Positions 30,197 through 41,000 of a stretch of DNA of 58,942 nucleotides are shown here, piece by piece. The notes below the pieces were generated by a model that searched no databases, had not been told where the DNA came from, and was given only the letters and a program-made list of their open reading frames with translations. The position numbers and the translations under genes are program-made. Source of the stretch: a virus (lineage: Duplodnaviria; Caudoviricetes); IMG/VR virus record IMGVR_UViG_3300033143_005711, positions 1 to 58,942 of that record. The stretch is one strand, 5' to 3'. The first letter of the stretch is position 1. Every line of letters starts with the position of its first letter.

Positions 30197-30520
30197 ATGA
30201 GAAAAATAAAATTAGCTAATAAGTGGAAATCAAAAGATTTTTCAGGAAATTTAGTTGAAGAAGATTTACTTGCAGCACTTAATGTGTTAATAACTAATAA
30301 AAAGCCAGAAGATATGCCAAGAGGACTAGATAAATTTAGAACATTTGGTAGATTAAGTAAGGCTTTTGAAAAGGCAGATAAATCTAGAGTTCTTGAACTT
30401 GAAGAAGCAGACTATAAGTTCTTAAAAGATTCTATAGAAAGTGAAGTTCCAAGTTCTTGGGGATTAAGTCCAAATATCTCAAAAGCAATTGAAGAGTTTT
30501 TGGAAGCTAAAGAACAATAA
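30197..30520 (+). CDS. hypothetical protein (possible fibre chaperone)
   Basis: LELEEADYKFLK motif; follows the fibre gene; own TATA. Confidence 0.6.
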   Translation: MRKIKLANKWKSKDFSGNLVEEDLLAALNVLITNKKPEDMPRGLDKFRTFGRLSKAFEKADKSRVLELEEADYKFLKDSIESEVPSSWGLSPNISKAIEEFLEAKEQ

Positions 30521-30521
30521 A

Positions 30522-30932
30522 ATGTTAACAAAAGCAGAAGAGAAAAGATTCTTTGCTAGAAAAACAAATAAACCTAATAGAGTTTCTATGGGTGGAAAAA
30601 AATTAGTTTTAGCTAATATGCCTAAAGAAATTAAAGATAAATTAGTTAGTAGACTTGCAGAAAAAGATGAAGTTTTAGCTAAAGGTTTAGCTGGAGAACT
30701 TCCAGGTCTTAAAATAGATGGTCGACAAGTTACTAGAGACAATATCCATGAATTCGAAAAAGGATTCAAGGATGCTAAAAAACCAAAAGTTAAATCTGAG
30801 GAAAAATTAAAGTATTCTGAAGATGAACTTAAGAAACTTAGTTTTAATAAACTTAAGAAGTTAGCTAAAAGTCTTGGGGAAACTGGTAGAAGCAAATTTG
30901 GTTTAATCAAAGACATCTTAAAACATAAGTAA
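30522..30932 (+). CDS. protein with C-terminal HeH/Rho-N-like domain
   Basis: LKKLSFNKLKKLAKSLG...KFGLIKDIL. Confidence 0.65.
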   Translation: MLTKAEEKRFFARKTNKPNRVSMGGKKLVLANMPKEIKDKLVSRLAEKDEVLAKGLAGELPGLKIDGRQVTRDNIHEFEKGFKDAKKPKVKSEEKLKYSEDELKKLSFNKLKKLAKSLGETGRSKFGLIKDILKHK

Positions 30933-31068
30933 ATAATATACAAATAAAATTTTTATTTTAGGTTGCTCGCAATTAAATTTCCTGCGAGATTCTTTTTTTT
31001 AGGAAAGGTTTAAATAGTAGTATAAACTATAATATTTATAATACCTGTAAGGGGGTTTAATGTATTAG

Positions 31069-31266
31069 ATGGCAACAACAACAGCAAACACAAAAAGCGT
31101 AAACAATGTAGATGCACCAAAAATAAAAATAGTTAATACTATTCCAGCACTTAAGAATACTGAGCTTGGAGAAATGTATTTATTAATTTCAGATGGTGCT
31201 ACCGATGATAAAAAAATCCATGTTAGAGTGGCAACTGGTTGGTTAAAGTCTGCAGCATTATCTTAA
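31069..31266 (+). CDS. small virion-associated protein
   Basis: promoter AAAGGTTTAAATAG upstream; GWLKSAALS end. Confidence 0.6.
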   Translation: MATTTANTKSVNNVDAPKIKIVNTIPALKNTELGEMYLLISDGATDDKKIHVRVATGWLKSAALS

Positions 31267-31267
31267 T

Positions 31268-31468
31268 ATGGCAGTACAAATAGATACCAGCACTAATGGA
31301 GCATATGTAATGTTTAGTTCAGAAAATGCAACTTTAGCAACAGCATTAGCAGAAGTATTAGACGAATTGGATACTCAAAAGAAACCAAAAAGTCAAACAA
31401 CTCTTCAATTAACTTGGAATGCAACTTCAAATAAATACGCATTTGTGGCAATAGTAAAGGGGCATTAA
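31268..31468 (+). CDS. small hypothetical protein
   Basis: tightly coupled ORF. Confidence 0.6.
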   Translation: MAVQIDTSTNGAYVMFSSENATLATALAEVLDELDTQKKPKSQTTLQLTWNATSNKYAFVAIVKGH

Positions 31469-31473
31469 TTAAA

Positions 31474-32112
31474 ATGGCATACACTACTACTGCGAAAGTA
31501 AGATTAATAACAAATCTAGTTGTAGCAGACATTTCTGATGCAGATGTTACTAGCTTAATTGACCAAGCAACTTACCAACTTAATGCAGATTTAAACACCA
31601 GAGTTTACAGAGAAAAGATAGGGTACATAGATAATACTAGAAAAAATAGCATTGATAATTCAAATACTACTTATTATGTTAAAAATTGGAGGGGAAAATA
31701 TATTGCAGATGGAGATAACGATGGTGATGTAGATACTTCAGATATTACAGTCCACCAAGTAGCAACAGATGGAACAGAAACTACTCTAACTGTAAGCACA
31801 ATTACTCCAACTACAGGAGAATTTACTCTTAGCGCAGCACCAAGTTCTGGTGTTGATTTATATGTCACTTATGAGTGGTGTTTTAGGGATGAAAGTGAAC
31901 CAGATAAATTAATAGAATTAGCTTGTTCATTACTTGCTGCTTCATATTGTTTTGAAAAAATAGAAAGGGGGTTATCGCCACAACAAGTTTTTGGAAATGT
32001 TAGATTGTATAGGGATATGCAAGCTGGAAATGTTTTTTTCCAAAGATACAAACAAGTTATTGATGAAATAAATTCAGAAATGATAGAGTTTGGAGAGGCT
32101 AAAATATTTTAA
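31474..32112 (+). CDS. head-tail adaptor
   Basis: MAYTT-x-x-KVR, ISDADV-x-x-LI-x-x-AT, LIELAC-x-x-LAA pattern and position. Confidence 0.7.
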   Translation: MAYTTTAKVRLITNLVVADISDADVTSLIDQATYQLNADLNTRVYREKIGYIDNTRKNSIDNSNTTYYVKNWRGKYIADGDNDGDVDTSDITVHQVATDGTETTLTVSTITPTTGEFTLSAAPSSGVDLYVTYEWCFRDESEPDKLIELACSLLAASYCFEKIERGLSPQQVFGNVRLYRDMQAGNVFFQRYKQVIDEINSEMIEFGEAKIF

Positions 32113-32230
32113 AATGAATGAAGAACAAGAAAATCCTAATCAAATTTTAGAATCTGGTCAAAGAGAAGCAGAGGATGCTACTAAAATTTTTAATGAAGGA
32201 GTTAAAGAAGTCATTAAGGGGGAAGAATAA

Positions 32231-32593
32231 ATGGGTTTAGTTAGTAAATCTTGGATTCTTAAACAATTAGGAATTAATGCTAATACTTGTACAGTTACAA
32301 CTGTTAGTACAGCACATGGAACTGATGAATACCGTCTTGAAACAGATACAACTGTAGATTATGATGATATTAATTGTCATGTTCAAATTCTTTCTGAAGA
32401 AGATGATTCTGTAAAACAAGGTGAAGCAAGAGCTGGAGACTTAGTTTTCTGGTTTGATTATGCTCAAGAATCTTATTGTTCTAATGGAAATAAGATAACT
32501 TTTGATTCTAAAACTTACCAAATTTATGATGTTCATAATTTTGATGTTAGTGGTGTAACTATGTTGATTGAATGTAGAACTAGAAAGATTTAA
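32231..32593 (+). CDS. head closure/stopper protein
   Basis: 120-aa beta protein, NKITFDSKTYQI; position. Confidence 0.65.
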   Translation: MGLVSKSWILKQLGINANTCTVTTVSTAHGTDEYRLETDTTVDYDDINCHVQILSEEDDSVKQGEARAGDLVFWFDYAQESYCSNGNKITFDSKTYQIYDVHNFDVSGVTMLIECRTRKI

Positions 32594-32666
32594 ATACTTT
32601 AAAGTTTTGTATTTATATATAATCTAATCTCTAATGCGTTAGAGATGAATTCCAGGAGGGAAAGAT

Positions 32667-33113
32667 ATGACAGTACAAGTAGAAAAATCAACAATAATAG
32701 AAAATATATATAAGAACTTTTATGATATTATTAAAACGGTAACAGGGTTTACAACTTTAATTTATCCTGCTTTCCCTGAAGTAAGTTTAGAAAGTAAATC
32801 AAGTTATCCAATTGCAATACTTAATTCTCCAGAAATTAGTTCAAGTCAACTTTCTATTGGAAAGGGAATGATTGAAGGAACAATTTCTATGGATATATTT
32901 ACAGCTGATGACCCAAAAACTTGTGATTCATATTCTAGTGATGTAATTGATAAAGTTGAAACTTCAAAGTATACTCTTGCAACAGTAGGAATTAGACAAG
33001 TTCAATTAGCATCTACAAATAAAGAAGTAGTTTTACAAGGAAAAATAAAAGTTCATACTAAAACTTTAATTTTTGAATATAAATTTTATTATGATAAAAC
33101 GAGGTCTTTTTAA
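32667..33113 (+). CDS. tail terminator-like protein
   Basis: YPIAIL...ISMDIFT; position. Confidence 0.6.
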   Translation: MTVQVEKSTIIENIYKNFYDIIKTVTGFTTLIYPAFPEVSLESKSSYPIAILNSPEISSSQLSIGKGMIEGTISMDIFTADDPKTCDSYSSDVIDKVETSKYTLATVGIRQVQLASTNKEVVLQGKIKVHTKTLIFEYKFYYDKTRSF

Positions 33114-33114
33114 T

Positions 33115-33567
33115 ATGGTTATGAAAGTACAAATACGTGGAGCAAAAAAAACAAAGAATTTCTTAGTAAATCTTAGTCCTCAAATGAATAAAGAGATGAT
33201 TAGAAAATCTGAAGAATTTTCAAGATTTGTCCAAAAATCAGCTAAATTGCATGCTCCAAGAATGACTGGAAGATTAGCAGATAGTATTATAGTAAAAAAA
33301 ACAAAAAATAATGAAATTAGAGTTATTGTTGGACATCCTGCTGGAATTTTCCAAGAAGAAGGATTTACTGCACACTGGGTACACTCAGACATGTCAGATA
33401 GAATGGGTGGAACTATTGGAGGGTTGTTTGGAAGACAAGGATTTTTCTTTGTCTCTAAATCTAAACCTTTTATGAAACCAGCATTAGAAGCAGGAATATC
33501 AAGATTGCCACAAATGGTTAATCAAGGAGCTGTTAGGGCTATTAGGAAAGCGGAGGGTAAAAGATGA
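33115..33567 (+). CDS. HK97 gp10-like neck/tail completion protein
   Basis: AKLHAPRMTGRLADSI...KPFMKPAL. Confidence 0.8.
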   Translation: MVMKVQIRGAKKTKNFLVNLSPQMNKEMIRKSEEFSRFVQKSAKLHAPRMTGRLADSIIVKKTKNNEIRVIVGHPAGIFQEEGFTAHWVHSDMSDRMGGTIGGLFGRQGFFFVSKSKPFMKPALEAGISRLPQMVNQGAVRAIRKAEGKR

Positions 33568-34241
33568 GTAAAAAAATTATTGAATTAAATGCTGAAATTA
33601 TAGCCAAATATAGGTTAAAACATTTAAAAGAAACTAAAAAGTTATTGGATAAATTAAAAATACCATTTTTCCTTGAAGCAGGAACATGTTTGGGAGCAAT
33701 TAGAGAAGGGAAATTTATTGAAGGAGACACAGACATAGACTTAGGAATTTTAGCAGAAGATATTGAAGATGTAGATAAGTTTAAAAATGAATTTTTAAAG
33801 ATTAATGAAGATTTAATAGTCTTTGGCAAATATCAACTTGCCTTATGTAAAAATTTTGATGGTTTTAGGAGCATAATAGATATTAGTTTTTACCACAAGT
33901 ATTTAGATAAAAGAATCTCCACCTTTAATATGGTGTTGCTTGTTTTTCCAGAATATAAATGTGAAAAAATAAAGTTTTATGATTTGATAGTTAACGTACC
34001 ATCACCACCAGAAAAATATTTGGAAATGATTTATAATGATTGGAAAGTAGTAAAAAAAGAAAAAGACCCAGAATATCTCCCAAATCTTCCTAGATTTCCC
34101 AACATAAAAATAAAACAAATGGATGTGGAAGAAATAGAAAAACATAAAAAATTACAAGAAACTTGGTGTAAGCATGAAAGAAAATTTGTATATAACCCAA
34201 CATGTAAAAAACATTGCCCATATTGTAGGAGGTTATTATGA
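33564..34241 (+). CDS. licD: LicD/fukutin-family nucleotidyltransferase
   Basis: GTCLGAIREGKFIEGDTDIDLG; PEKYLEMIYNDW. Confidence 0.85.
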   Translation: MSKKIIELNAEIIAKYRLKHLKETKKLLDKLKIPFFLEAGTCLGAIREGKFIEGDTDIDLGILAEDIEDVDKFKNEFLKINEDLIVFGKYQLALCKNFDGFRSIIDISFYHKYLDKRISTFNMVLLVFPEYKCEKIKFYDLIVNVPSPPEKYLEMIYNDWKVVKKEKDPEYLPNLPRFPNIKIKQMDVEEIEKHKKLQETWCKHERKFVYNPTCKKHCPYCRRLL

Positions 34242-34978
34242 GTTCTAAATTTCCAAAAGTTTTATTAGCTTGTCCAACTTATGAAGGAAAAGGGTATATT
34301 TTAGAAAGATTTGTAGAAAGAATTAAAAGTTTAACTTATTCTAACCTTGATATTCTTTTTGTGGATAATTCTAAAGGGAAAAAATATTTCAACAAAATAA
34401 AGAAACTTGGAATTCCAGTTGAAAAGGGAGAATGGAATGAACAAAGTAAAATTAGATTAACTAATTCTCAAAATCAATTAAGAGATAGATTTTTAGAAGG
34501 AGATTATGATTACTTTTTTTCCCTCGAACAAGATTTAATACCACCAAAAGATATAATTGAACAATTGATTGCTCACGATAAGGATGTTGTTGGTGGTTGG
34601 TATTATATTACTGATGTTCCAAGACCATGTTTAAGTAGGGAATGGAAACTTGTTGATATGCAATTTTCACACACAACTCCAGTTCTAGAAGATATGGCTA
34701 AAGAAAAACTAATGAAATGTTTCTTGGCAAGTTGGGGTTGTTGTTTAATTAAAAGAAAAGTTTTGGAGAAAATAAAAATGAAAGTATATCAAACATTTTC
34801 ACAACATTCTGATACTTGGTTTTATTTTGATTGTGAAAAAAATAATTTTGATGTTTATGTGGATACAGATTTACTTATACCACACTTTCAAGATTACGAA
34901 TGGGATAAAATTCTTAAAAACGATAAAGTTATTGAAAAAGAAAAAATTAAATTAAAATTAGAGGTTGGACTAAAATGA
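34238..34978 (+). CDS. GT-A fold glycosyltransferase (GT2-like)
   Basis: ACPTY, FVDNS, SLEQD (DxD-like), DVVGGWY, GCCLIKRKVLE, SDTWFY. Confidence 0.85.
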   Translation: MSSKFPKVLLACPTYEGKGYILERFVERIKSLTYSNLDILFVDNSKGKKYFNKIKKLGIPVEKGEWNEQSKIRLTNSQNQLRDRFLEGDYDYFFSLEQDLIPPKDIIEQLIAHDKDVVGGWYYITDVPRPCLSREWKLVDMQFSHTTPVLEDMAKEKLMKCFLASWGCCLIKRKVLEKIKMKVYQTFSQHSDTWFYFDCEKNNFDVYVDTDLLIPHFQDYEWDKILKNDKVIEKEKIKLKLEVGLK

Positions 34979-35011
34979 ATTCTCAATTAAATAAACAGGA
35001 GGAAATATAAA

Positions 35012-35572
35012 ATGGCCGCACCAGACGCATGGACAGAGTATGCCCTAATTAACTTAAATGATGGCACTACAGACATGTCCATTCATGCAATAACAGAAAC
35101 TATAGATATAGATGCTGGAGCAAGACCCGTAGATAGCATACCAACAGTCGCAGGTGGAAGAGTTAAAAACTTTAAACCTGAAGAAGACACAATGATTACC
35201 TTTGAAGGGTATCCCATTGGAATTGGAGACAAAGATGCAACTAGCCAAGAAGGACTTGATTTATTCTTTCACGGTGGAACAGCTTCAGTAGCCCCATTTA
35301 GTGTAAGCTCAAGTAAGGCAAGAACAAACTTTGCAGTTACTATAATGTGGACCGATGGAACAGCAACAAGCGCAACAAGTTCGGTACTATCCGGAAACTA
35401 TGCACTTAGATATAACTTTGCTAATTGTGATATGATTAGTTGTAAGCCAAGTTTTACTGATGGTATTTTGAAAGCAACTTATGTATTCAAATGCCCAGCT
35501 AAGAACAAAGCAGGCACTTCAAACATTACAAAAGAAAGCACAGATGGAACAGCAAGCATGCCAACAATCTAA
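35012..35572 (+). CDS. major tail tube protein
   Basis: 186 aa, Thr/Ser-rich; AGGAGG SD; precedes chaperone and tape measure. Confidence 0.7.
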   Translation: MAAPDAWTEYALINLNDGTTDMSIHAITETIDIDAGARPVDSIPTVAGGRVKNFKPEEDTMITFEGYPIGIGDKDATSQEGLDLFFHGGTASVAPFSVSSSKARTNFAVTIMWTDGTATSATSSVLSGNYALRYNFANCDMISCKPSFTDGILKATYVFKCPAKNKAGTSNITKESTDGTASMPTI

Positions 35573-35606
35573 ATTTAATTCCTGAATAGAAATATTGAAT
35601 AGAAAA

Positions 35607-35927
35607 ATGGAAATAGAAGAATTAAAGAAAAAAGTTAAAGAGCAATCCTTAGGGATAAGTAGAGTTCCTAAAGAAACAAAAAAGGAATTCGTAGCTTATG
35701 CTAACTCAGAATTTTGTGGGGATTATGGTATGACTCTTAAATATATTTGGGATAATTTTAAAATTGGAAAAATATTCATTGAAAATTTAAGTTATAAACT
35801 TGATGAGATACTTAGAAGGGTAGAACCTTCTAATGAAGAGAGTCCAGAACAAGAAGAAGGTATTACCTTGCTTTCTGGCAGAAAAGTTGAAAAGGGAGGT
35901 AAAACACAAAATGGGAAGTTTAAGTAA
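35607..35927 (+). CDS. hypothetical protein (RHH-like segment)
   Basis: LGISRVPKETKKEF-x-x-YA. Confidence 0.55.
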   Translation: MEIEELKKKVKEQSLGISRVPKETKKEFVAYANSEFCGDYGMTLKYIWDNFKIGKIFIENLSYKLDEILRRVEPSNEESPEQEEGITLLSGRKVEKGGKTQNGKFK

Positions 35928-36225
35928 TTTTTTAGGAAAACCAAAAGAAATTGAATTAGATGGAATTAAAATAATGCTTCATCCACTTAAAGTAAAGGAT
36001 ATGAGTTTATTTCAATCTGAAGGAAAAAGCGCAGAAGAAATAGCTAAAATTAGCACAGATATTTTGAAATTATCAATTCCAGATACTACAGATGAAGAAA
36101 TAGATGGATTATCATTAGAAAAATTCATAATCATAATGGAGGAAATCAATAAATTAAATGGATTCACGGACAAAAGACTTGATGCGATTAAAGAATCGAT
36201 TAAGCAAAAAAAATCCGGAAGGTAA
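35911..36225 (+). CDS. tail assembly chaperone (gpG-like)
   Basis: position; HPLKVKD, EEIDGL pattern; ends at an A8 run. Confidence 0.75.
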   Translation: MGSLSNFLGKPKEIELDGIKIMLHPLKVKDMSLFQSEGKSAEEIAKISTDILKLSIPDTTDEEIDGLSLEKFIIIMEEINKLNGFTDKRLDAIKESIKQKKSGR

Positions 36226-36373
36226 TGAAATAAGAACCTTGTATTTAGTAATGGAAAAGGTAGGCGGATATGAACAACTTATGAATTTGACGTTGCCTTC
36301 ATTAGGGGAAATAATTAAATGTATGGAATACTTCAATAAGGAAGAATCTAAAAAAGAAATGAGAAAAAGATAA
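36206..36373 (+). CDS. frameshifted chaperone extension (gpT-like)
   Basis: +1/-2 frame open from the A8 run: NPEGNEIRTLYLVMEKVGGYEQLMNLTL. Confidence 0.55.
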   Translation, partial: KKNPEGNEIRTLYLVMEKVGGYEQLMNLTLPSLGEIIKCMEYFNKEESKKEMRKR

Positions 36374-36374
36374 T

Positions 36375-37580
36375 ATGGTAATTAGCACACAAAAAATACA
36401 AATCATTACAGAGTATTTGCAGAAAGGTCTAGCCAAGGCTAAAGAAGGTTATAATAATTTTAATCAAGGGATGGCTGTATCTACTAATCGTATGAAGGAG
36501 TTACAAACAACCCAAGGAAAATGGAATAAAAGAATGGGTGAATCTAGAACTGCAGCTGGAAGGGCTGCTTTAGGAATTAGGAATGCAACTCATGGTCTTA
36601 GGGGATTTAGAATGGAAATGCTTGGAGTTATGTTCTTTGGTATGGCTTTAAATCGTGCCTTTGGTAGTTTATTTAAAACTTCTTTAGATTGGATGGGTGT
36701 AACTGAACTAATGACTCAAACACTTGGAATATTATTTTTACCAGTTGCAGAATTAGCCCTTAAATGGGCTCTTTGGTTCTTAGATATAGTTATGAATTTA
36801 ACAGAATCTCAAAAAGCATGGATTGGAGTTATTGCACTTACAGGAACAGCCATAGGTGGACTTTTATTTATACTTGGAACTTTTGCTCTTGGAATTGGTT
36901 CTCTTATTTTAGTATTTAAGGGATTAACTGGCCCTCTTACTTTAATTATTGCCTTATTTTCTGCATTTGCAATTGGAGCAATTATAAGCCAATTTGATTT
37001 ATTTGGTTCTAAAACTGACGATTTAACTACTAAATTATCAGCATTTGGAGTTACATCTGAAGTATTTACAAAAGTATTTGATAAAATAAAGGAAATAGGT
37101 GGAAAGATTATATCTTATATTTCAGAAAATTATCAAGAATGGCTAGATGCAGGATTAGAGATTTTAACTGGTTTATTAGAAGGTTTGGAATCTAATAAAG
37201 AAGCCATAGGTGAGGCTATGTCAAATATAATTCAAACTATGGTTGATTGGGTGGGGGATAATGGTTTAAAAATTTTATCTATTGGAGCACATATTGCTGG
37301 TGGCATTATGAAAGGAATAGTGGATGGCCTTGGAGACATAGTTGGTCTTGATATTGAAAAGTTAACTGGAAATAATGTTGTTCCTGAACTTAATAATGCT
37401 GGAACAAGCCTAGTCAATTTTCAAACTTCTGGAAGACCATCTCTTCCTTCGGGTGGACAATCAATAGAAGTTTCTCCTAGTTACTTTGTAACCGTTTCTG
37501 ATAAAAGTGAATTTGAATCTATGCTTGAAGAAAATAATAGACAATTAGCAGAAGATGTAAGGAGGGTTGTACAACAATAA
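36375..37580 (+). CDS. tape measure protein (short, 401 aa)
   Basis: helical, Gly/Ala-rich with hydrophobic segments; position. Confidence 0.8.
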   Translation: MVISTQKIQIITEYLQKGLAKAKEGYNNFNQGMAVSTNRMKELQTTQGKWNKRMGESRTAAGRAALGIRNATHGLRGFRMEMLGVMFFGMALNRAFGSLFKTSLDWMGVTELMTQTLGILFLPVAELALKWALWFLDIVMNLTESQKAWIGVIALTGTAIGGLLFILGTFALGIGSLILVFKGLTGPLTLIIALFSAFAIGAIISQFDLFGSKTDDLTTKLSAFGVTSEVFTKVFDKIKEIGGKIISYISENYQEWLDAGLEILTGLLEGLESNKEAIGEAMSNIIQTMVDWVGDNGLKILSIGAHIAGGIMKGIVDGLGDIVGLDIEKLTGNNVVPELNNAGTSLVNFQTSGRPSLPSGGQSIEVSPSYFVTVSDKSEFESMLEENNRQLAEDVRRVVQQ

Positions 37581-37581
37581 A

Positions 37582-38013
37582 ATGGTAAGTGAATTAACAA
37601 TAGTTAAAGGGGCTTTTTCAGTTACTCTTTATAGCACCATAATTGCAGAAAATTATACAAACAAGATTTTTTTAATTACCCCTGCTCAATCATCAGTAAA
37701 TCAGGCTTCAGGAGCAGTAGACACCAAAGTTGTAGACTTGCTTAGAGTTACACATCAATTAGTAATAAAATGTTTTTTAACTGGAACTGAAACAAAAACA
37801 GCAAAACAAGTAAAAGATGATTTGATTTCTATATTCAATGGTGGTGGTGTGGCTGGTGGAACAACTACTTTAACTTATGATAGTGATGAAATAAATGGGT
37901 ATATAGAAAAGGTTAATATAGTTGAGAAATCTTCTGATGACCAAAGTACTGCAATTAGGGACGAGGCAAAATATGAAGTTTCTTTAACATTTGTAGGAGG
38001 GGTAACAGTATAA
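37582..38013 (+). CDS. distal tail (Dit-like) protein
   Basis: follows the tape measure; beta-rich 143 aa. Confidence 0.55.
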   Translation: MVSELTIVKGAFSVTLYSTIIAENYTNKIFLITPAQSSVNQASGAVDTKVVDLLRVTHQLVIKCFLTGTETKTAKQVKDDLISIFNGGGVAGGTTTLTYDSDEINGYIEKVNIVEKSSDDQSTAIRDEAKYEVSLTFVGGVTV

Positions 38014-41000
38014 TGGCAAAAAGGGTATATAAAAACACGGTATTGAAGTGGGCACAAGATAATAAACTTGTAGCTGGTGGTTCAGTTTCAGGAACAATTA
38101 TCATCGGATTATATTTTATTTTTTTAGCTTCAATTGGAGCAATAACAATAACAGATTATTCTGGTGATTCAATATGTGCCGGAACAATTGAAGACCCTTG
38201 TTATGCTTACATAAATTTTACAGCAAATGAAGATATATTTATTTATCCTTTGGATTATGACCCTTACAATAGAGATATGGGTATAAATTTTAATCCAGAG
38301 GTTGAATCTTGGAAACTTGAAAGGAGTTGGGGTTCAGGATGGAGAGAAATAAATCTTAATAATACTTGCAAAGGAACTTGGTGTGGAGCCCCATACGGAG
38401 AAAAAGAAGCAGCTTATTCTTATGCTTTTAGAGAAGGTAGAGATTATAAAATTAGAATAACAGTCAATAAAAATAATTTTAATGATAGCGTTCAATTATC
38501 AGCATTTGGTGTGGACCCCTTATTTTTAAGTGAAGAAAACATTGTTGGAGAATATTCTAATAACGACCTTGATTATACTATTAAAGATGAAAAATTTGAT
38601 TTGGAAGTTGCTGAATTCAAATTAAAATCCCATCATTCTGTTAATTATGTTAAACCGCTTGGCCCCGGAAAACAAGTTGTAATGTATTATGAAACAAATT
38701 CTAAAAATGGGTTAAATAATGTTTTAGGTGAACCAGAATTTATTGATTTGAATACTGGGAAAAAAATAAATAAATCTTGGAAATATGTTTATTTAGGAAC
38801 AGAAAAATATCAAAAACCAATTTTTGAGTATGATACTTTTACATTTGAAAATGGAACTGCATATGAAGTATATATTAAATCTGGTTTTATAGAAAAAGAA
38901 AGAGAAAAATGGCACCCTTATAATTCAACAAATATCCCAAAAGGAAATATTACTATTGGAATAGAAGTTGAAGTTTATCTTGGAGAATATGTAGATGGAA
39001 TTTGGAATGTTGGTGGAAATAAGATTAGCAAACATATTAGTTGGATTGGAAGTTTTGAAACAAATATGGTTGCTTTTTATCGTTTTGATGAAGAAGGTAC
39101 TGGTGGTTCTACTATAGAAGATGAAACAGAAAATAATAATGGTGTTGGTTATCATATTACAAATGTTTCTGGTGTTGATAAATATGCTTATGAGTATGAT
39201 GGAACAAATTCTTTAATAAATATTTCAGATTCTTCTCCATTAGATTTAACAGATGACCTTTCAATAGCTTTTTGGGTTAAATATAATTCTTCAAATACAG
39301 GAGATAGAGGTTTTATTTCTAAAGAAGATGTTGGAAATAGTGGTTGGATGGTTTATTGGGATGATGCAGCAAAAGCATTTAATTTATTTACTTATGGTCT
39401 TTCAGATGTAAATATTGCTTCTGGAGCAGTTAGAGAAGATGTATATTATCATGTTATTATGAATTATGATGGAAGTAATAAATATATTTATATAAATAAT
39501 TCTTTAAATACAACAGAAGGAGCAACAGGAAGTATTACAGCAAATGCTTTAGATTTATTAATTGGAGAATATAATACAGGTGGAACAAAAACTGCAATGA
39601 GATTAGATGAATTAGGAATTTGGAATAGAACATTAACAAGTGCAGAAAGGGGATATTTATTTAATAAAACCGCTTATTTACCTGATGTTGATAATCCTCC
39701 AAAATATTCTGATTGGAATTTTGTGAACAATTCAAATTATTCTTCATACAATGTTAATGCTAATGCAACTTGGTGGGACGATATTAATTTACTAAATGCA
39801 AGTGTTTATGTTGATGGAGTAATTAATCAAACAAATAGTTCAGGTCAAAATGACACAACTTATTATTTTGATTTAGTTATTCCTGAAGGAATTCACACAT
39901 TATATATGGATGCTTGGGATAATTCTTCACAACAAAATACAACAGAAACAAGATATGTAAGAATAGATACTATATCACCTATAATTAATTATGGTTTAAA
40001 TACCCAAAATAATAATAGTTTTGTTAATAATAATTGGGTTTTTGTAAATATTACATATGCTGAAACAAATCCAAAGAATATAACTTTTAATATATTTAAT
40101 GATACTGGAACATGGAATTCAACAACCTATACAAATACAAATATAAAGGATATTAATTTCACTGGACTTTTAGACGGAGAATATGAATACAATGTTTCCA
40201 TGTATGATATTGTAAGTAATTTTGGAATTTCAGATTTAAGAAGAATTACTTTAGATAGTAGTGGACCTGAATTAGGATTTGTTCAACCAACAAATAATAG
40301 TGCTTATAATATAGATTATATTTATGTTGAAGTTGATGTTAATGAAACAAACCCTGATTTTGTAGTTTATAATTTATGGAATTCAACAGGAACTATAAAC
40401 CACACAGTATATCCAATGTCAACAGATACTTCAAATGTCACAATAAATTTTACTGAATTATCTTATGGTATTTATGAAATAAATGTAACTGCAAATGATA
40501 GTTCAGGTTTAGAAACAACAATTGGAAATAGAAGGGTTACTTTAATGGACTTAGATATTTTTATTGAAAGTATTGAATCTAATGCCACAGTTGAACTTGG
40601 AACATCTATAACAATAGTTGCTAATTCATCTATAAATGCTTTAATTTGTATAGATATAGACCACCCAAGTTATGGTGATAATTATAATTGTTCAACTCAA
40701 AATGTTAGTGTTGAATTTCTTCCAACTTTTTTTAGAAGAACTAATTTTAGCATAGATGATGATAACTATACTGTTGATTTTAGTGGTTTACCTGAGACCT
40801 ATAATTTTACTGTAGATTCTCACCAATATGATGAACCAATTGATTTATCAGTAAATATTTCTGGAACAACAAATCCTATGAATATTTTATTCCATCTTTT
40901 AAACCATAGCGCAGTAAATGTTTCTAATAGTACAGAATTATTGAGAAGTACAGATAGATATTTTAGAGGAAAATTAAATGGTAGCCTTATCTGGCTTAAT

